From assembly GCF_006345805.1 (NCBI RefSeq), contig NC_042999.1, forward strand, positions 120,590,001 to 120,654,000: a stretch of DNA of 64,000 nt, read 5' to 3'. How positions within the stretch are numbered: position 1 is the stretch's first letter; the number at the start of each line of letters is the position of its first letter. This document shows, piece by piece, positions 1 through 12,748 of the stretch. Under the pieces are notes generated by a model. That model saw only the letters and a list, made by a program, of their open reading frames with translations. It had not been told where the DNA came from and searched no databases. The translations under genes and the position numbers were made by a program. Origin of the DNA: Octopus sinensis. Lineage: Eukaryota.

Positions 1-680
1 ATGTGTTCAGAATCAGTTCTGCTGATGATCATAAGACGTAAGTTGAATGTGAAATCACGGTGATACAGAACTAAATTCATTTTTTAAATGTCTTGCTTTG
101 AAAAACTGCATTTAGGTATGGTTAGTATAATTTTGGTAGTAATGACTTTGTCCCTCTTAGTGTGAGGCATTTATGTGTAATAATGCCCTCTATACAATAT
201 AGATATAATTAATTTGTTCAAAAGAAAAAAATTTTTTTCGAATTCTTTTCTTTTATGAGGTTTTCACGCTAACTACCCGATAATTTCTTGTTAAAATCCC
301 TTATTAAGAGGTTATCCTTAATTGTTAAACTCATTCCGAAATACTTTTTATTACCCGACATGCAGTTCGTAAAAAGCCCGCCATTTACCGGATATATGAT
401 TTATAAACATTCCATGTGCTTGGCCGGAGTGAGCAGTTGTCTGTTCGTCTTCGCTACGTAAGGTTGGTAGTTTATTTATGATGTGTTCAGAATCAGTTCT
501 GCTGATGATCATAAGACGTAAGTTGAATGTGAAATCACGGTGATACAGAACTAAATTCATTTTTTAAATGTCTTGCTTTGAAAAACTGCATTTAGGTATG
601 ATTAGTATAATTTTGGTAGTAATGACTTTGTCCCTCTTAGTGTGAGGCATTTATGTGTAATAATGCCCTCAATACAATAT
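1..680. repeat. Direct duplication, period 480 bp (1-200 repeated at 481-680)
   Basis: The sequence starting atgtgttcagaatcagttct recurs at 481 almost identically for ~200 nt; copy 2 ends in a (TA)n run. Confidence 0.9.
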
Positions 681-1498
681 ATATATATATATTTAAGGTG
701 CATTCCGTTAGGAATATAATAGAGTACAAAATAAAGTTCGTTCAACATTCGAATTACCAAATAGCCGGTAGTATTACAGTGTATTTACAAGTCTAGGTTT
801 AGGCAATCTTCGAGAGTGAAAATAATATTGAATTAGATAGAGTCAACAAAATGTTGTACGGTTGGACAGTTGTTTAATAATCACTTCAATTGTTTCCATA
901 CCACATAGGTCCACATATGCTAGCTGGATTTCTTCAGGTGATATACAATTGTTGTCTCCGTTAGTTACAAAAGCATCGACTTTGTCCTACTGAAATTATA
1001 TTACACCATGTCAAATCATTATTTTCATGTTTGAATCTGATTTATGCTTCTAACTTTGATTCAAATATACATGTTCTATTCATAGATATTGCCAGGATGT
1101 TGATAGTTTTTTTAACATTTATAATATAACGGCGTGATGTTCGTAATAATTTGGCATTTAAAAAATAACGAAATATCACAAAATTACTAACCTGAGTCAT
1201 CCATCAGAACAAATTTCTATGGTAATGTTTTAAAACTCTCATATATTTCTAACCAAAATTCCAGTACTTTTGGTCAATGAATAATATTGATATAATTAAT
1301 ATTTGCTTGAAATATGTAGATCTACATTTTAGATTCATCTTAATCCATATACCATAAAATGGATGAGGGGCAACTATTTTTTAATGCAAATTTTGCAATT
1401 GCTTGTAATATACGAATTTAACAATGTGATAATTTTGAGTGTACTGTTCATACACGCACGCACTTACGTACATGCATACATACAAATACATACATATG

Positions 1499-1536
<38 letters not shown>

Positions 1537-1581
1537 TCAATAAATGGTGGGGGTTGTGTTGACCGCACGTGGATAAATGAT

Positions 1582-1737
1582 AAGTAAGGAAAAATTTTTT
1601 TAAAAAAGCAGAATGCTCAAATGAAAGAAAATTTTAATAAAATGAGAAAATTTTAATAAAATATTTTATCATTTTCTCATTTTATTAAAATTTTCTTTCA
1701 TTTGAGCATTCTGCTTTTTTAAAAAAAATTTTCCTTA

Positions 1738-1740
<3 letters not shown>
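1582..1740. repeat. Near-perfect ~160 bp palindrome beside a (TA)n array
   Basis: aagtaaggaaaaa...gcagaatgctcaaatgaaag is mirrored by ctttcatttgagcattctgc...ttccttactt; ~70 bp arms. Confidence 0.9.
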
Positions 1741-1791
<51 letters not shown>

Positions 1792-2157
1792 CATACATAT
1801 AAATATACATATATATATATGCATGTATGCATGTTTATATATATATATATTATATATTTATATATATAGTAAATCCCAAAAGATAAACGAAGAACAAACA
1901 CAAAAAGCACAAAAAACAACAACGCGAGAACGTGGTAGATGTAAAGTATTAGCAGACGCTCAGGGAAGGAAAGAAAGGTAGTTTTACATTTCAAGCAAAG
2001 CTCTTTCTTCAGAAACAGAGGAAAGCCCGATAAAAAAGAAAGACGGAGGGGGAAATCGCCAGGTATTCACATGTGGTTACATTTTTTTTTAAATGTACAT
2101 TAATGTGAAACAAGGTGGGAAAATAGTAATTGAATACCGGAGGTAGCGTAATATGCT

Positions 2158-2299
2158 TTATTAATAAAGCGGCAAAGACATCATGAAAACCTGTTACTCA
2201 GAGTTTCACGTTCCCATTTTCAGCCAAAACTGTCTGACAAACGGGAACGTGAAAACCTGAGTAACAGTTTTTGCGATGTCTTTGCAATTTTATTAATAA

Positions 2300-2300
<1 letters not shown>
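2158..2300. repeat. Imperfect inverted repeat
   Basis: aaagacatcatgaaaacctgttactcagagtttcacgttccc versus gggaacgtgaaaacctgagtaacagtttttgcgatgtcttt. Confidence 0.7.
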
Positions 2301-2358
<58 letters not shown>

Positions 2359-4594
2359 GTATGTATGTATAGTAATCTTTAACAAGGATAAAAGTGACAG
2401 TGTCTTCGAAGTTTCGGACATCTAAGCCATCATCAGACTATAATGCATTAATTTAATATTAGCTTTATATTGTCTCTGATGAGATAAAATTTAAATGCTG
2501 GACTAAACTTTAACCTTTACATTGCCATAAAAAAGTATCAGATCGAATAAAACCAAAAATAACTAAAACCTATAATACATCTACTGCCCAAAATCCTCTT
2601 GTACCTACATACATCTATTCTGTGAATCTTTAAAAAATAATCCCATGGCCTGAAACTGAACACCTAAATGTACACACCTGTCTACAAATTCTATATATTG
2701 ATGAAGAAAGCAAAATAGAAACTATTGAGCAATTTGAACTAGCTAAAGGTATCCTGGTGGCAGTATTGAACGGGAGCACTGACTAATTAAATCTTCCATT
2801 GCAAATAAAGATTTAACATACATAAACATTTCCTAATATCGTTTGAATTAGGATGGTATAACATAGATATCACTGCATTACAACGTATGCGAGACACCCT
2901 AGTTATTTATACCTTCAACGGATATAAAATGTTTATTTGATGTAGCATATCTTCGTTTCCGAAATATTCTATAAAATACAGTGTATAGACTCATAATTTG
3001 TTTACGAAGTATTGATATTATTTATTAATCAACTTTCGTTATGCGATGTGAACAATTGGTATATCGAAATAATGTAACGCTTAAATATATCCACATATAT
3101 ACTATATTATACTAGACAGACATTTTTATTGGAGTTCATGAAAACTAGGTATGTTCAAGAATAAGGTAAATGGAAAGCAATTAAATTTATTACAATTCTT
3201 TGGTTTTGTAGAACTGGGTGGAATTAATTGGAACAATGTGAAACAGGCCATTATTATCTGATTTGATAATATGCGTATCTTAGTTAATTACGAATCGCCT
3301 GACTGTAAGCTAATATATAATTCTATTTATTGATAATTCTATAGTTTACTCATAATAAGAAATTTAATTAATGGAATTAACATTTTGGCTGTATAACCTA
3401 ATTATGAATTCCTTAATTAGGCTCAAAGTCACACTTCTTTAGTAAAGTGGAATGTGACTGTGTGATGTCCATGCATTTTGAGGGGCATAAGAAGAGTAAT
3501 TGCTATAGACTTAAAAACGAAATTGGTTCGTAAATTTTACTTGCCTACAGCTTTTTGTGCAAAAGTGCATAATATGTTTTGTTTTTAAATTTTTTTAGAA
3601 TCTTTGCAAAGATTTATTTCAAACTTTGCAATCAATAACTGAATTTTGTTGAATTAAAATCCGTCATTTTAATTCCTTCATGCATTTCTATCATAATTAC
3701 TGTTATAACTGCCGTATATCTATAATATTTACTCGTTGTTGCTGTAGAAAGTTCATAAAATATGATTAATAGGTCAGTCAATGATGTTAGGTTCATTAAA
3801 GTAAACTATAGAAATAATTAAATTATAAAACCAACCTCTTCTAAGAGAGAATTATGGCTATTTATATAAATGTATATATAGTAGCTTTATATTATAAATG
3901 TTTGGATAAACTTTTTATTTAGGAAAAAATAGGTATTCAGTGCAAGCAGATGATCTTTAAATACTATTCCGTTGAATACTTTTAAATCTTGCATCTACAA
4001 CTACTTTTGTTGTGGTTGTTACGGTGGGTTGAGATCAGCCTCAATCAGCCTACTGACACATTAAATGTATTCACTCATTCAATCGTTTAAAGAAATATAA
4101 TGCAACCAAGGAACACCGTGCTGAGGTCCAGCATGTTTACAACTTACGCGGTCTATGAAACTGCCCAAAACCTTAAAGATCACATACCTTATGTTTGCTA
4201 ACAGAAGAATTCCAACATGATATGATAAAACAGATATGGTATAATAAACAAAGCAAGTCAGAAGCAGGAAATAAACATCATATTTTCAGGACATTGATAA
4301 AATAAATGTCATGAGTTTAGAAAAAACAGAGCACGGTGGGAGTTAATTTGTGATAAATGTTCCAGCTCTTTTCATTCTGAGTACAAATTCCAGCTTGATC
4401 TGTATGAGCGATAAGCGTAATATGTCATTCAGTTTTGTCTACGCTTTGGTCCTTGGGTGTCTTTTGTGGTTGTACAGCCTCCGACAAGTAAAGGGTAAAG
4501 ATTCTACATTGAAGATATATTCCCTCTTTTCCACCACAGTTATATGCCCTGTAAACAGACCAATTACATTAGAATTTAATTACGTATATTTTTC

Positions 4595-4770
4595 TTACTT
4601 CAGCGCAAAGCCAGAAATTAGGAGGAGTGTGTAAGTCGAATACATCGACTACAGTGTTCAAAGAATGTAAGGCAAAGTCGATCACAGCGGAATTTGAACT
4701 CAGAACGTAAAGCCAGACAGAATACCGCTACACATTTTGCCCGGTGTTGTAACGATCCTACTAGCTTGCT
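4595..4770 (-). mobile_element. tRNA-derived SINE (old; paralogous copies at ~43960-44180 and ~48210-48430)
   Basis: Reverse B-box ggaatttgaactcagaacgtaa plus aggcaaagtcga core shared with the plus-strand SINE at 29788. Confidence 0.75.
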
Positions 4771-5719
4771 GCCCTAAACTCAAAGGATGAATTCACTCTC
4801 TTCTGAAATTCGAAAGCAACCTTATTATTCTTGACCATATTTTGAGTTCCGTTTTAAATTTGGCAAAAACTTTGAGTCATTTATTATTTAACTAGGATGT
4901 GAACTCAGATCACAGAATTCAAACATAAATGTTGCAAGTTTTTTTTTTCATTTGTCTGAGCTGTAAAATACTTTGCAAATACTCTACCATAATTTAACAA
5001 CTTTACCATCGTCTAAAAACACCATGCTTACAACTTCATACATGATAAATTTTGTGATATTAGTATCGTACTCAATCCACTGGGAAACAATTTCCAGGAT
5101 TTCAGGTGGTACTGACAAATGTAAAAACAAACTTCTTCAAACTAAACTTAATTCACCTTCTTTGCATAGAATTATAAATATAAATCATCAAACGTGCAAA
5201 TATTACGTGCAGGTGTTAGATTCCACTATATGAATATTTGTAGGTCATACGTAGCTAGTGAGCGGTTTTTTATCCTTCATTTTCAGCTGTTCTTGTTTGC
5301 TTTAGTGAAAATCAATAAATAAAAAGTTGTTTGTTTTTTATTACGTACTAGGTAAATATGTTTGCGTTAAAGGTAACAAGAAGCATTCGTCATAAGGGTA
5401 AAATTTTCTTATATAATGATCTCTTAAACCCTTCTTCACTACAACATTTGATCGCTGCAAGAAAGGTAAAATATGGTCGTCTTTATCATATTTATATGTT
5501 CATTATTAATCACTAGCAGAAAGACCGCCTTCCGAGCGGTTTTCTGCTGGTCACTTGGTAATATTTTCACATTTGGTCGCAATTCTAATGATTTTTATAA
5601 TATGTTACGTCTAATTATTTTTGTATAATAGTGCTCACTTGCTTAGTAAGTATTTCCTTCATTATTCTATCAGTCATAATCTCTCTGTTTTTAAACAAAC
5701 GTCACGTTAGTCCAGCAAC

Positions 5720-6190
5720 AGTGTGAGAAGCAGTTTGTCAAGTTTTACCTTCCCCTCAACACAACAGAGATTTCAGTTCAGCAGCCCATCTATAAGCTTT
5801 ACAATGTGTTTCAGAGAGAGAAGGTTTTCTGCGATTTTACGCCACGTCCACCTTCAGATTGGCCTAAAATACGGTTTCTTTGAAATTTGGACTGTTCCAA
5901 GGCTTCTTTTGTATGTAGCATGTTTAAACAATCACATATAGGGCCTGAAACATAAAAATATCCATTGATAAAAAATATAAACATTTTCAAGCTCAAATAA
6001 ACATAAAACAATGTTTAATGCAGTGTCTATGTACTTCTGTCATGACTGTGTATATGTTGAATGTTTACTGTTGTACGCTAGTCTCAACTGTACTAATAAC
6101 CATTTCAGTCTATCTCAGACAGTTCAAGGGTGAAAACTTTAGCTGGAAGAATCTTTTAGGAGTCGTAGTTTCGTGTTTGTCACTTCAGGC
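5720..6190 (-). mobile_element. Degenerate Tc1-like transposon remnant
   Basis: 6150-6190 matches 49850-49880, which adjoins a clear Tc1 DDE remnant; protein similarity here is weak. Confidence 0.35.
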
Positions 6191-6953
6191 GTGTATAATG
6201 GCAGAAAAAGTGTGATTTACATAAATCACAAGATTCACATAAATCGGACCAAGAATAGCGTATGTCGATGTCGAACAATGGATCACTGATATACTGACAT
6301 TACTGCTACAAAATCTGTTAGTCCAGTTGTCTTCTGTCCAGGATGGAATATATATGCCACGGAGGCCAGGAGACTAGCACTTTCGAGACAAGCACTTTCA
6401 ATCTGTATGAAATATATAGACATATGTTTGTGTGTGTGTTTGTGTTTGTATGTGCGTTCGTATGTGTGTTTGTGTGCGTATGTATTTATGTGTGCATATA
6501 TATGACCCAGGAACATTCTTAAACTCAAAGAAAGAACTTTTTAGCCGGTGCTTTTACCTTAAATGTGCCCTCCTACAAGCTTAGAAACCCCTCCCCCCAC
6601 CAGGTGTTTGATTAAAAAAAACGAAAAGAACACAAGCATCTTAGAATATTGTCGCCGGCGAAGGTGATGTAGAGGATGTATTCCAGTATCGCATATGGAG
6701 AACCAAGCTCGAACTTTGTGTGTATTCATATATAGTTTTCTATATATAGTTTACTATGGAACCTTGGGGCTCTCTGTCTCTATTTAATGAAAGGCGGTAT
6801 GTGTCACCAGAGATTTGAGTCAGAAGCGTCGCCTATTCATCTTAGCGATTGATGGGTTCGAAGGTTCGAAAGCAATCACTCTCTGACTAACCATAATAAC
6901 CAAACTTAATAATAAATAATTAAGTATTTTGTTTATTTTCGTAAACCTTCCCG

Positions 6954-7007
<54 letters not shown>

Positions 7008-7084
7008 GTATATATATGAGGGTGTAATACGTATGTATATTTGTAAGCGTAATTTTGATTTGGATGTTCCATTGGTTAAAGGTG

Positions 7085-7102
7085 TTTCCAATTCTATTTC
7101 AG
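7085..7102 (+). other. 3' splice acceptor ahead of the peptide-gene coding exon
   Basis: Pyrimidine tract plus cag (ttctatttcag). The AG lies exactly 24 nt before the ATG in all three copies (7101-02, 34673-74, 52802-03), implying an upstream non-coding exon. Confidence 0.65.
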
Positions 7103-7126
7103 ATATCTTTCTCCAAGTGATAAACG

Positions 7127-7303
7127 ATGAATTCCAAAATAATCTTCTTCTGTCTGCTTGTTGCAGCCACACAAGTATATTCTATTAACAATGAGGAAAT
7201 ATGCTTTGGAAGATGCTTAGCTTGTTATCAAGTGAGCTCAATGTATTGTGTAATGGACATAAAGAGACCAACAAGCGTTGAAGGTTGCATTAAGTACGTA
7301 TAG
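7127..7303 (+). CDS. Small secreted cysteine-rich peptide, copy 1 (58 aa)
   Basis: MNSKIIFFCLLVAATQVYSINNEEICFGRCLACYQVSSMYCVMDIKRPTSVEGCIKYV*. Hydrophobic signal-like N-terminus, 5 Cys in the putative mature part; frame, length and stop conserved in two paralogues. Confidence 0.85.
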   Translation: MNSKIIFFCLLVAATQVYSINNEEICFGRCLACYQVSSMYCVMDIKRPTSVEGCIKYV

Positions 7304-7326
7304 CGTTTTGAATGGAAATTCACCTC

Positions 7327-7332
7327 ATTAAA
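7327..7332 (+). terminator. Candidate polyadenylation signal ATTAAA
   Basis: Lies 24 nt after the stop and is conserved in the paralogues (34899-34904, 53043-53048). Confidence 0.5.
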
Positions 7333-7479
7333 AATACCTGTATTCATTAATATTAAAATATCATTCATAATTTAGGTTTAACGTAATTGATACACGCACA
7401 CACGCATGCACACACAGACACACACACACACACATATATATATAATCCATAATATCGTACAAACAAGTACGTAAATTAT

Positions 7480-9860
7480 TTACATTTGTCCTCATCTTGT
7501 TTGTTGAATGTGGAACCTGGGTTCTCATTCCTAAGGTATTTTTCGATGTTATCATTATCATAATAATGCTTGGAATCGAACTCGGCATCTTGGGGTTAGT
7601 AGTCCATGCTCTTAACCATTGCGCTATATGCCCGTGGACAATTATGAATTGAATTTTAGGGCTTATACGAGGGGCGTTCAATAAGTAATGCCCCTGACCC
7701 ATTTCCCATAGCAGTAGAGCAACGGCACTTGGCACAGTTATTAGTCTTTTCCTACATAGGAACTACCCAGAGTTATGCATTTCTCCCATCGTTTGATACA
7801 GCTCTGGAGACTGTTTTTGTAGAAGAACCCAGCTTGGTCCTCCAACCACGACGTGACTTCAGAAATCAAGGCTGCATCAACTGGGAAACGCTTTCCTTTC
7901 AAAATCAACTTCATGGCTGGGAAGAGGTGAAAATCAGAGGGTGCAAGGGGAGGAGTTCATAGCTGCACGCCTGTGCTTCTGGTCTGGCGACACGCGAGTT
8001 GTGGACCGGAGCGTTGTCCTGCAGGAGGAGGATGCCTTTGCTGATCTTTCCCCGCCTCTTGATTTTGATAGCATCTCTTAATTTCCTCAAAAGTGAAGCA
8101 TAATAGGCTCCTGTAATTGTGGTACCCTTTGCCAGGAAATCTGTCATCACTACTCCGTCCTGGTCCCAGAAGACTGTGAGCATAACCTTGTCAGCGGAGG
8201 GCTGCACCCTTGCCTTCTTTGGAGGAGGTGAGTCACGGTGCTTTTACTGCATTGACTGGTCTTTGGTCTATGGATCATAGTAATGGACCCAGGTTTTATC
8301 CTGAGTGATCAGTCTTTTGAAAAATTTTGACTCATCTTCTTGGCACATCTCCAAATTCATCCTCGAGCACTCAACGCGTTCTTGCTTCTGGAAAGGTGTG
8401 AGCAACCTGGAAATCCATCTGGCAGACACCTTTTGCATATGCAAATGGTCATGAATGATAGTTTCCACAAACCCGGTACTAATCTTGACCTTATGGGCTA
8501 TTTGGCGAATAGTTATGCGTTGACCTTCCAAAATGGCACCCTCAACTTGACGGACAGACGTCTCATCAACGGCAGAAGGGGGCGACCAGATCTGGGAGCT
8601 GTTTCCACAGAGTTCCGACTATGTTTGAATTCACAATGCCAGCGTTTTACAAGGTCATATGATGGGGCATCATCACCATAAGTTACTTTCATTTCATCAA
8701 AAGTCTCCCGTGGTGTGCGTCCTTTCAAATACAAAAACCAGATCACTGCTCGACACTCAACAGGCTCCATTTCACACTTGACTCAGTTCAAACACCTGTA
8801 AATCAGAAACCACAATTACAGAGCTGTAATTCGCCACTTAATCTATAGAGGTATAAATAAGTGCACATGCAAAATTTCAGCTAGATCAAACAACTGCAAG
8901 TGGGTCAGGGGCATTACTTATTGAACGCCCTTCGTAAATTTAATATTTTTCTATCCTTCCTTAATACTGGTTCCCATATGCTGCTCATATCTCACTCGGT
9001 CTCCTTAGGAGGTTGTTGTGTCCTGGCATATGTGCTGCTTCTTTTAGTTTTCGTATTTTCCAGTGGTGTTCTCTGTCTGTTATTTTAACTTCATCCCACT
9101 GGGGGGAGGTAGTCTCCATTTTCCATACATGATCAGCTATACCCGACTTTTCAATATCTCCTCGTGTCACAGCTTTGCGATGTTCGTCTACCCTTATTTT
9201 GAGGGGACGGTATGTTTCGCCTTTGTATAACCTACCACAGCTGCATGGGATGGAGTACATGCAGTCTTTGGTCATATTATCTTCTATTGGTGTTTTTACT
9301 CGGAAATATTTGCGAATTGCTGTATTACTCTAGAATACTGTCCTGATGTTATATGGGCCGCACATCTTTTGTATCTTTTTGGAGGGGCCTTTCACATGGG
9401 GTAGACATACTGTGGACAGTTTATTGGCCTCATCCTCTCTCTTCTTCATAATTAGAGCGGATAGTATACTTTTGAGGTAGTTGTTGCTTAACAGATCATT
9501 ATTGAGCTTGATCATTTCTTCGTGGTGTGTTTCAGGATCACTACTTATATTCTTTCCACGATGTTTTAGGCACTGAGAAATCCCTCTCTTTACACTGTAT
9601 GGATAGTGGGAATTGAAGTTGAGGTATAGTCCAGTAAATGTCGGCTTGTGGTATACGGATGTTCTGAATCCATACTTGGTGCGTTTTATTAATACGTAGG
9701 CATGCCAGCTGATTGCCATCAACATATAGGTGTCATCAACATATCGTAGCCATGTTGTTGGCTTTAGTGGTGTTGATCCTAAAACCAAACTCTCAAAGTA
9801 TTCCATGTATATATTGCCTATTACCGGTGATAATGGCGAACCCATAGCAAAACCCTCTGA
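7480..9860 (-). mobile_element. Penelope-like retroelement (RT plus GIY-YIG), 5'-truncated, interrupted by a mariner
   Basis: RT motifs MGSPLSPVIGNIYME and WLRYVDDT (9330-9845); GIY-YIG MYSIPCSCGRLYKGETYRPLKIRVDEH (8985-9275); terminal region with tRNA-like A/B boxes at ~7570-7625. Confidence 0.9.
7668..8934 (-). mobile_element. Mariner DNA transposon, 1267 bp, frameshifted transposase
   Basis: TIRs cgaggggcgttcaataagtaatgcccctgaccc / gggtcaggggcattacttattgaacgcccttcg; TA TSD at 7666-67 and 8935-36; motifs KVSARWISRLL, ITQDKTWVHYYDP, KVMLTVFWD, LLQDNAPVH across three ORF pieces. Confidence 0.95.
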
Positions 9861-10405
9861 TGTCGTTACATAACAACTTCCTATGTTTCATCCATCAGCC
9901 TTCTCAGCAGATTCGAGAATAGAGTCGTGGTCTTCTTGCATTTTATGTTTACGGCATCAATAAATACAACAAAAGCCCGAAACAATAGATCAGCATAATT
10001 ACTAAACAGCAGACATGATGTTTTATGGTAGCCTCCTTCATCGATTCTTTGAAGCAAACAGGCTGTGCACAATGTGAATTAAGGCATTAAACAGAAATAT
10101 AAATTAGATGATGTCATATATTATGCCTTCATTTATTGTTTAGTACAAAGATTTTCGGTTGGCCCACAATGTAGACAACAAGAAATGGAACAATCTGATC
10201 TGTGCTCAAAAAAGAAATGGAATTGTGGTAGCGTACACAAACAGGAATCTGCTGGGTAATATACTTTATTGATGTAGCAATGTTGTTGATATAGCAGCAA
10301 CATCCTAAGTATGCAGTTTTAGTTGAATATTCATTTCTGTTAATCTTTTAAGATAGTTCTGATTTCTAATATTTTCAGGCTTGTCAACGCAGTACAGTCG
10401 TGACA

Positions 10406-10540
10406 ATGTTGAAATGTCACATCAAAAAATTTACAAATATTTTGTTATCTAGTATTTTGACGCTAGTGGTATCTAGTATATTGCACGGGTTTAAGTGTCA
10501 ACCGTGGGTTGTACGATGCAGTATTGCTTTTGATGCGTGA
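10406..10540 (+). CDS. Candidate short ORF with a signal-peptide-like core (44 aa), unit 1
   Basis: MLKCHIKKFTNILLSSILTLVVSSILHGFKCQPWVVRCSIAFDA*. ATG and frame are kept without indels in all three units, but the substitution pattern looks neutral, so it may be non-coding. Confidence 0.3.
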   Translation: MLKCHIKKFTNILLSSILTLVVSSILHGFKCQPWVVRCSIAFDA

Positions 10541-10918
10541 TAAATGTGATATAAATGTGATTCTGTGTAGTTCATCACCAGGACAGAAATTGAATATCGA
10601 TAGCATTTCTCAAGCTTAAATATCGAGGGAAAATATTCGCGTTATCGAATGTTTTCCCACATTTAATTTCCATCCCAAATATATTGTTAAAGTTTGTTGG
10701 AATATTATTTTCTTTTAATGCTACAAAACAATTTAAACAATTTGACAGACGTCTTTCTCTGGTTAAGAAATGTACTTCTCAACCACATGTTTTCTAAGTG
10801 GCTTTATTACAAAGAAACTGTATGGATCTCTTCTTGTACACATGCACACGCACACACACACACAACAAGCACATATATGTATACAACTAAACATACCTAT
10901 ACGCAGACGTATACACAT

Positions 10919-10976
<58 letters not shown>

Positions 10977-11032
10977 TATATAGATATGTATGTATGTATA
11001 TATATATATATAATATATATATATATATATAA

Positions 11033-11598
11033 TATTATATATTAGGGCTTAGTAAAATAAATTACTTTGCCACATACTGAACTTTCTAGAAATAGCAGCC
11101 AAAAAAGTTTTTTAGCCATTTCCACTACTTAAAGAAAATTTCTCTCAGATAATGTTAACGTTTCTAGATTAGCAAAATAAACTCAGCATTTCTTTCGTCA
11201 GCTCAACATTTCTTATTTTGGATTTTAGTGCTTGCAAATCCAAAATAAGAAATGTTGAGCTGACGAAAGAAATGCTGAGTTTATTTAGCTAATCTAGAAA
11301 CGTTAACGTTCTCAAATAATCTTTGTACTTGTGATATTTTTCTGTTTTTACCTCCATACCTTCGTGAGTCATTTTGAGTAAACATTATCTGAGAGAAATT
11401 TTCTTTAAGTAGTGGAAATGGCTAAAAAACTTTTTGGGCTGCTATTTCTAGAAAGTTCAGTATGTGGCAAAGTAATTTATTTTACTAAGCCCTAATTATA
11501 TAATGTAATATTTTGAATTCGCCTTAAATGGTCCTTTTACATACTGAATACTTGGTGAAATTTGATTAATAACTAATTAATTTTACCCTCAATTGTTG

Positions 11599-11602
<4 letters not shown>
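11033..11602. repeat. Fold-back inverted duplication of the dispersed repeat found in tandem at 16362-17482
   Basis: 11033-11155 mirrors 11383-11503, and 11156-11228 mirrors 11237-11310; flanked by (TA)n; absent from units 2 and 3. Confidence 0.85.
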
Positions 11603-11666
<64 letters not shown>

Positions 11667-12748
11667 ATATAATATAATATGATACATATGTGCTTGACAT
11701 CCTATTATTTGGTAACTGCTGTTGGTTTATGATATAACAGTGTAGTGTAAATGAGTATCTAAAATATTTATCACACCTTGGAATCGTTTGTATGAAACGA
11801 ATTGTATCCCCAATGCATTCCTTTAAGAATTTATTGAACTAAAGCATTAACTTAAAGATATTAAGGTTCACTAGAATGTGTTGCCCTACACGACAATTTA
11901 CATCTACACACATTCACAAACAAACACTGTGTACCCGCACACATTGTTTCCTACACACGCACACATACTTCCTAACACACACACAAACTCCCATGCGCAC
12001 ACATGCATGTGCTCACACAAGCAGGCGTTGCTCATGTGCGCGCCCACACGCCCATATACCAACGCACACATTAGCCCCTTACTCACACACATATGTTCGT
12101 ACACACAAATATATGCCAGGGCAATTTTATCTACCTTGCCTCCCATGCATCAGGCCAGCTTAATTTCTCTTTCAGTTATTTTAGCATGCTTTGACCGTTC
12201 AGTTCAGGTTTTTTTCTCTCCTTATCTATCCTTTCTGTAGAAGAGCATTTGTTCGAAATATTAAAAACTACTTCCATTTTTCTTCAACATTAAAATAATA
12301 TATTCTGCTTGTTATTCTTCCACTTCGTGATTGTAGGTTTTGTTTTTGTATGTTTGGTCCATATAAATGCGTGTGTCTATGTGTATATCTATATATATAT
12401 ATGTATATATAAATGTATATATATGTATATATGTATGTACATATATATACACATATGTATGTATGCAAGATTGTATGTATAGTATATGTATAGGTTTGTG
12501 TGCTTGTGAGTGTGAGAAAGATGTTATAGTATGCATGAACAATTACATATCAGAACCTATCGACGTATATCTATCTCTCTTCATTTGAAAGTGGAAATTG
12601 AACGTACTGATAATTTATTGAAATCATAGATCGTCTTCAGTTCAGATATGTTTACGTTGTTCTTTACATACCTTAAATTCTAGCTCTGTGAAAAAATTAA
12701 TCTTAGCATATTATTCCTTTATAAATCATTGTTGCTTTTACATTTCAG

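Noticed and set aside
351-1000. Short minus-strand ORF pieces that might be integrase- or recombinase-like
   Set aside because: The similarity is too vague to support a call.
7202-7225. CFGRCLAC matches the radical-SAM CxxxCxxC motif
   Set aside because: A 58 aa precursor with a signal-like N-terminus cannot hold a radical-SAM fold; the spacing is coincidental.
9881-10072. 63 aa minus-strand ORF in a duplicated block
   Set aside because: It has no recognisable motif, and the paralogous blocks differ by indels, so a shared frame is not supported.
10143-10255. Open frame after a conserved tttag (YKDFRLAHNVDNKKWNNLICAQK...)
   Set aside because: The paralogous segments in units 2 and 3 carry frame-breaking indels.
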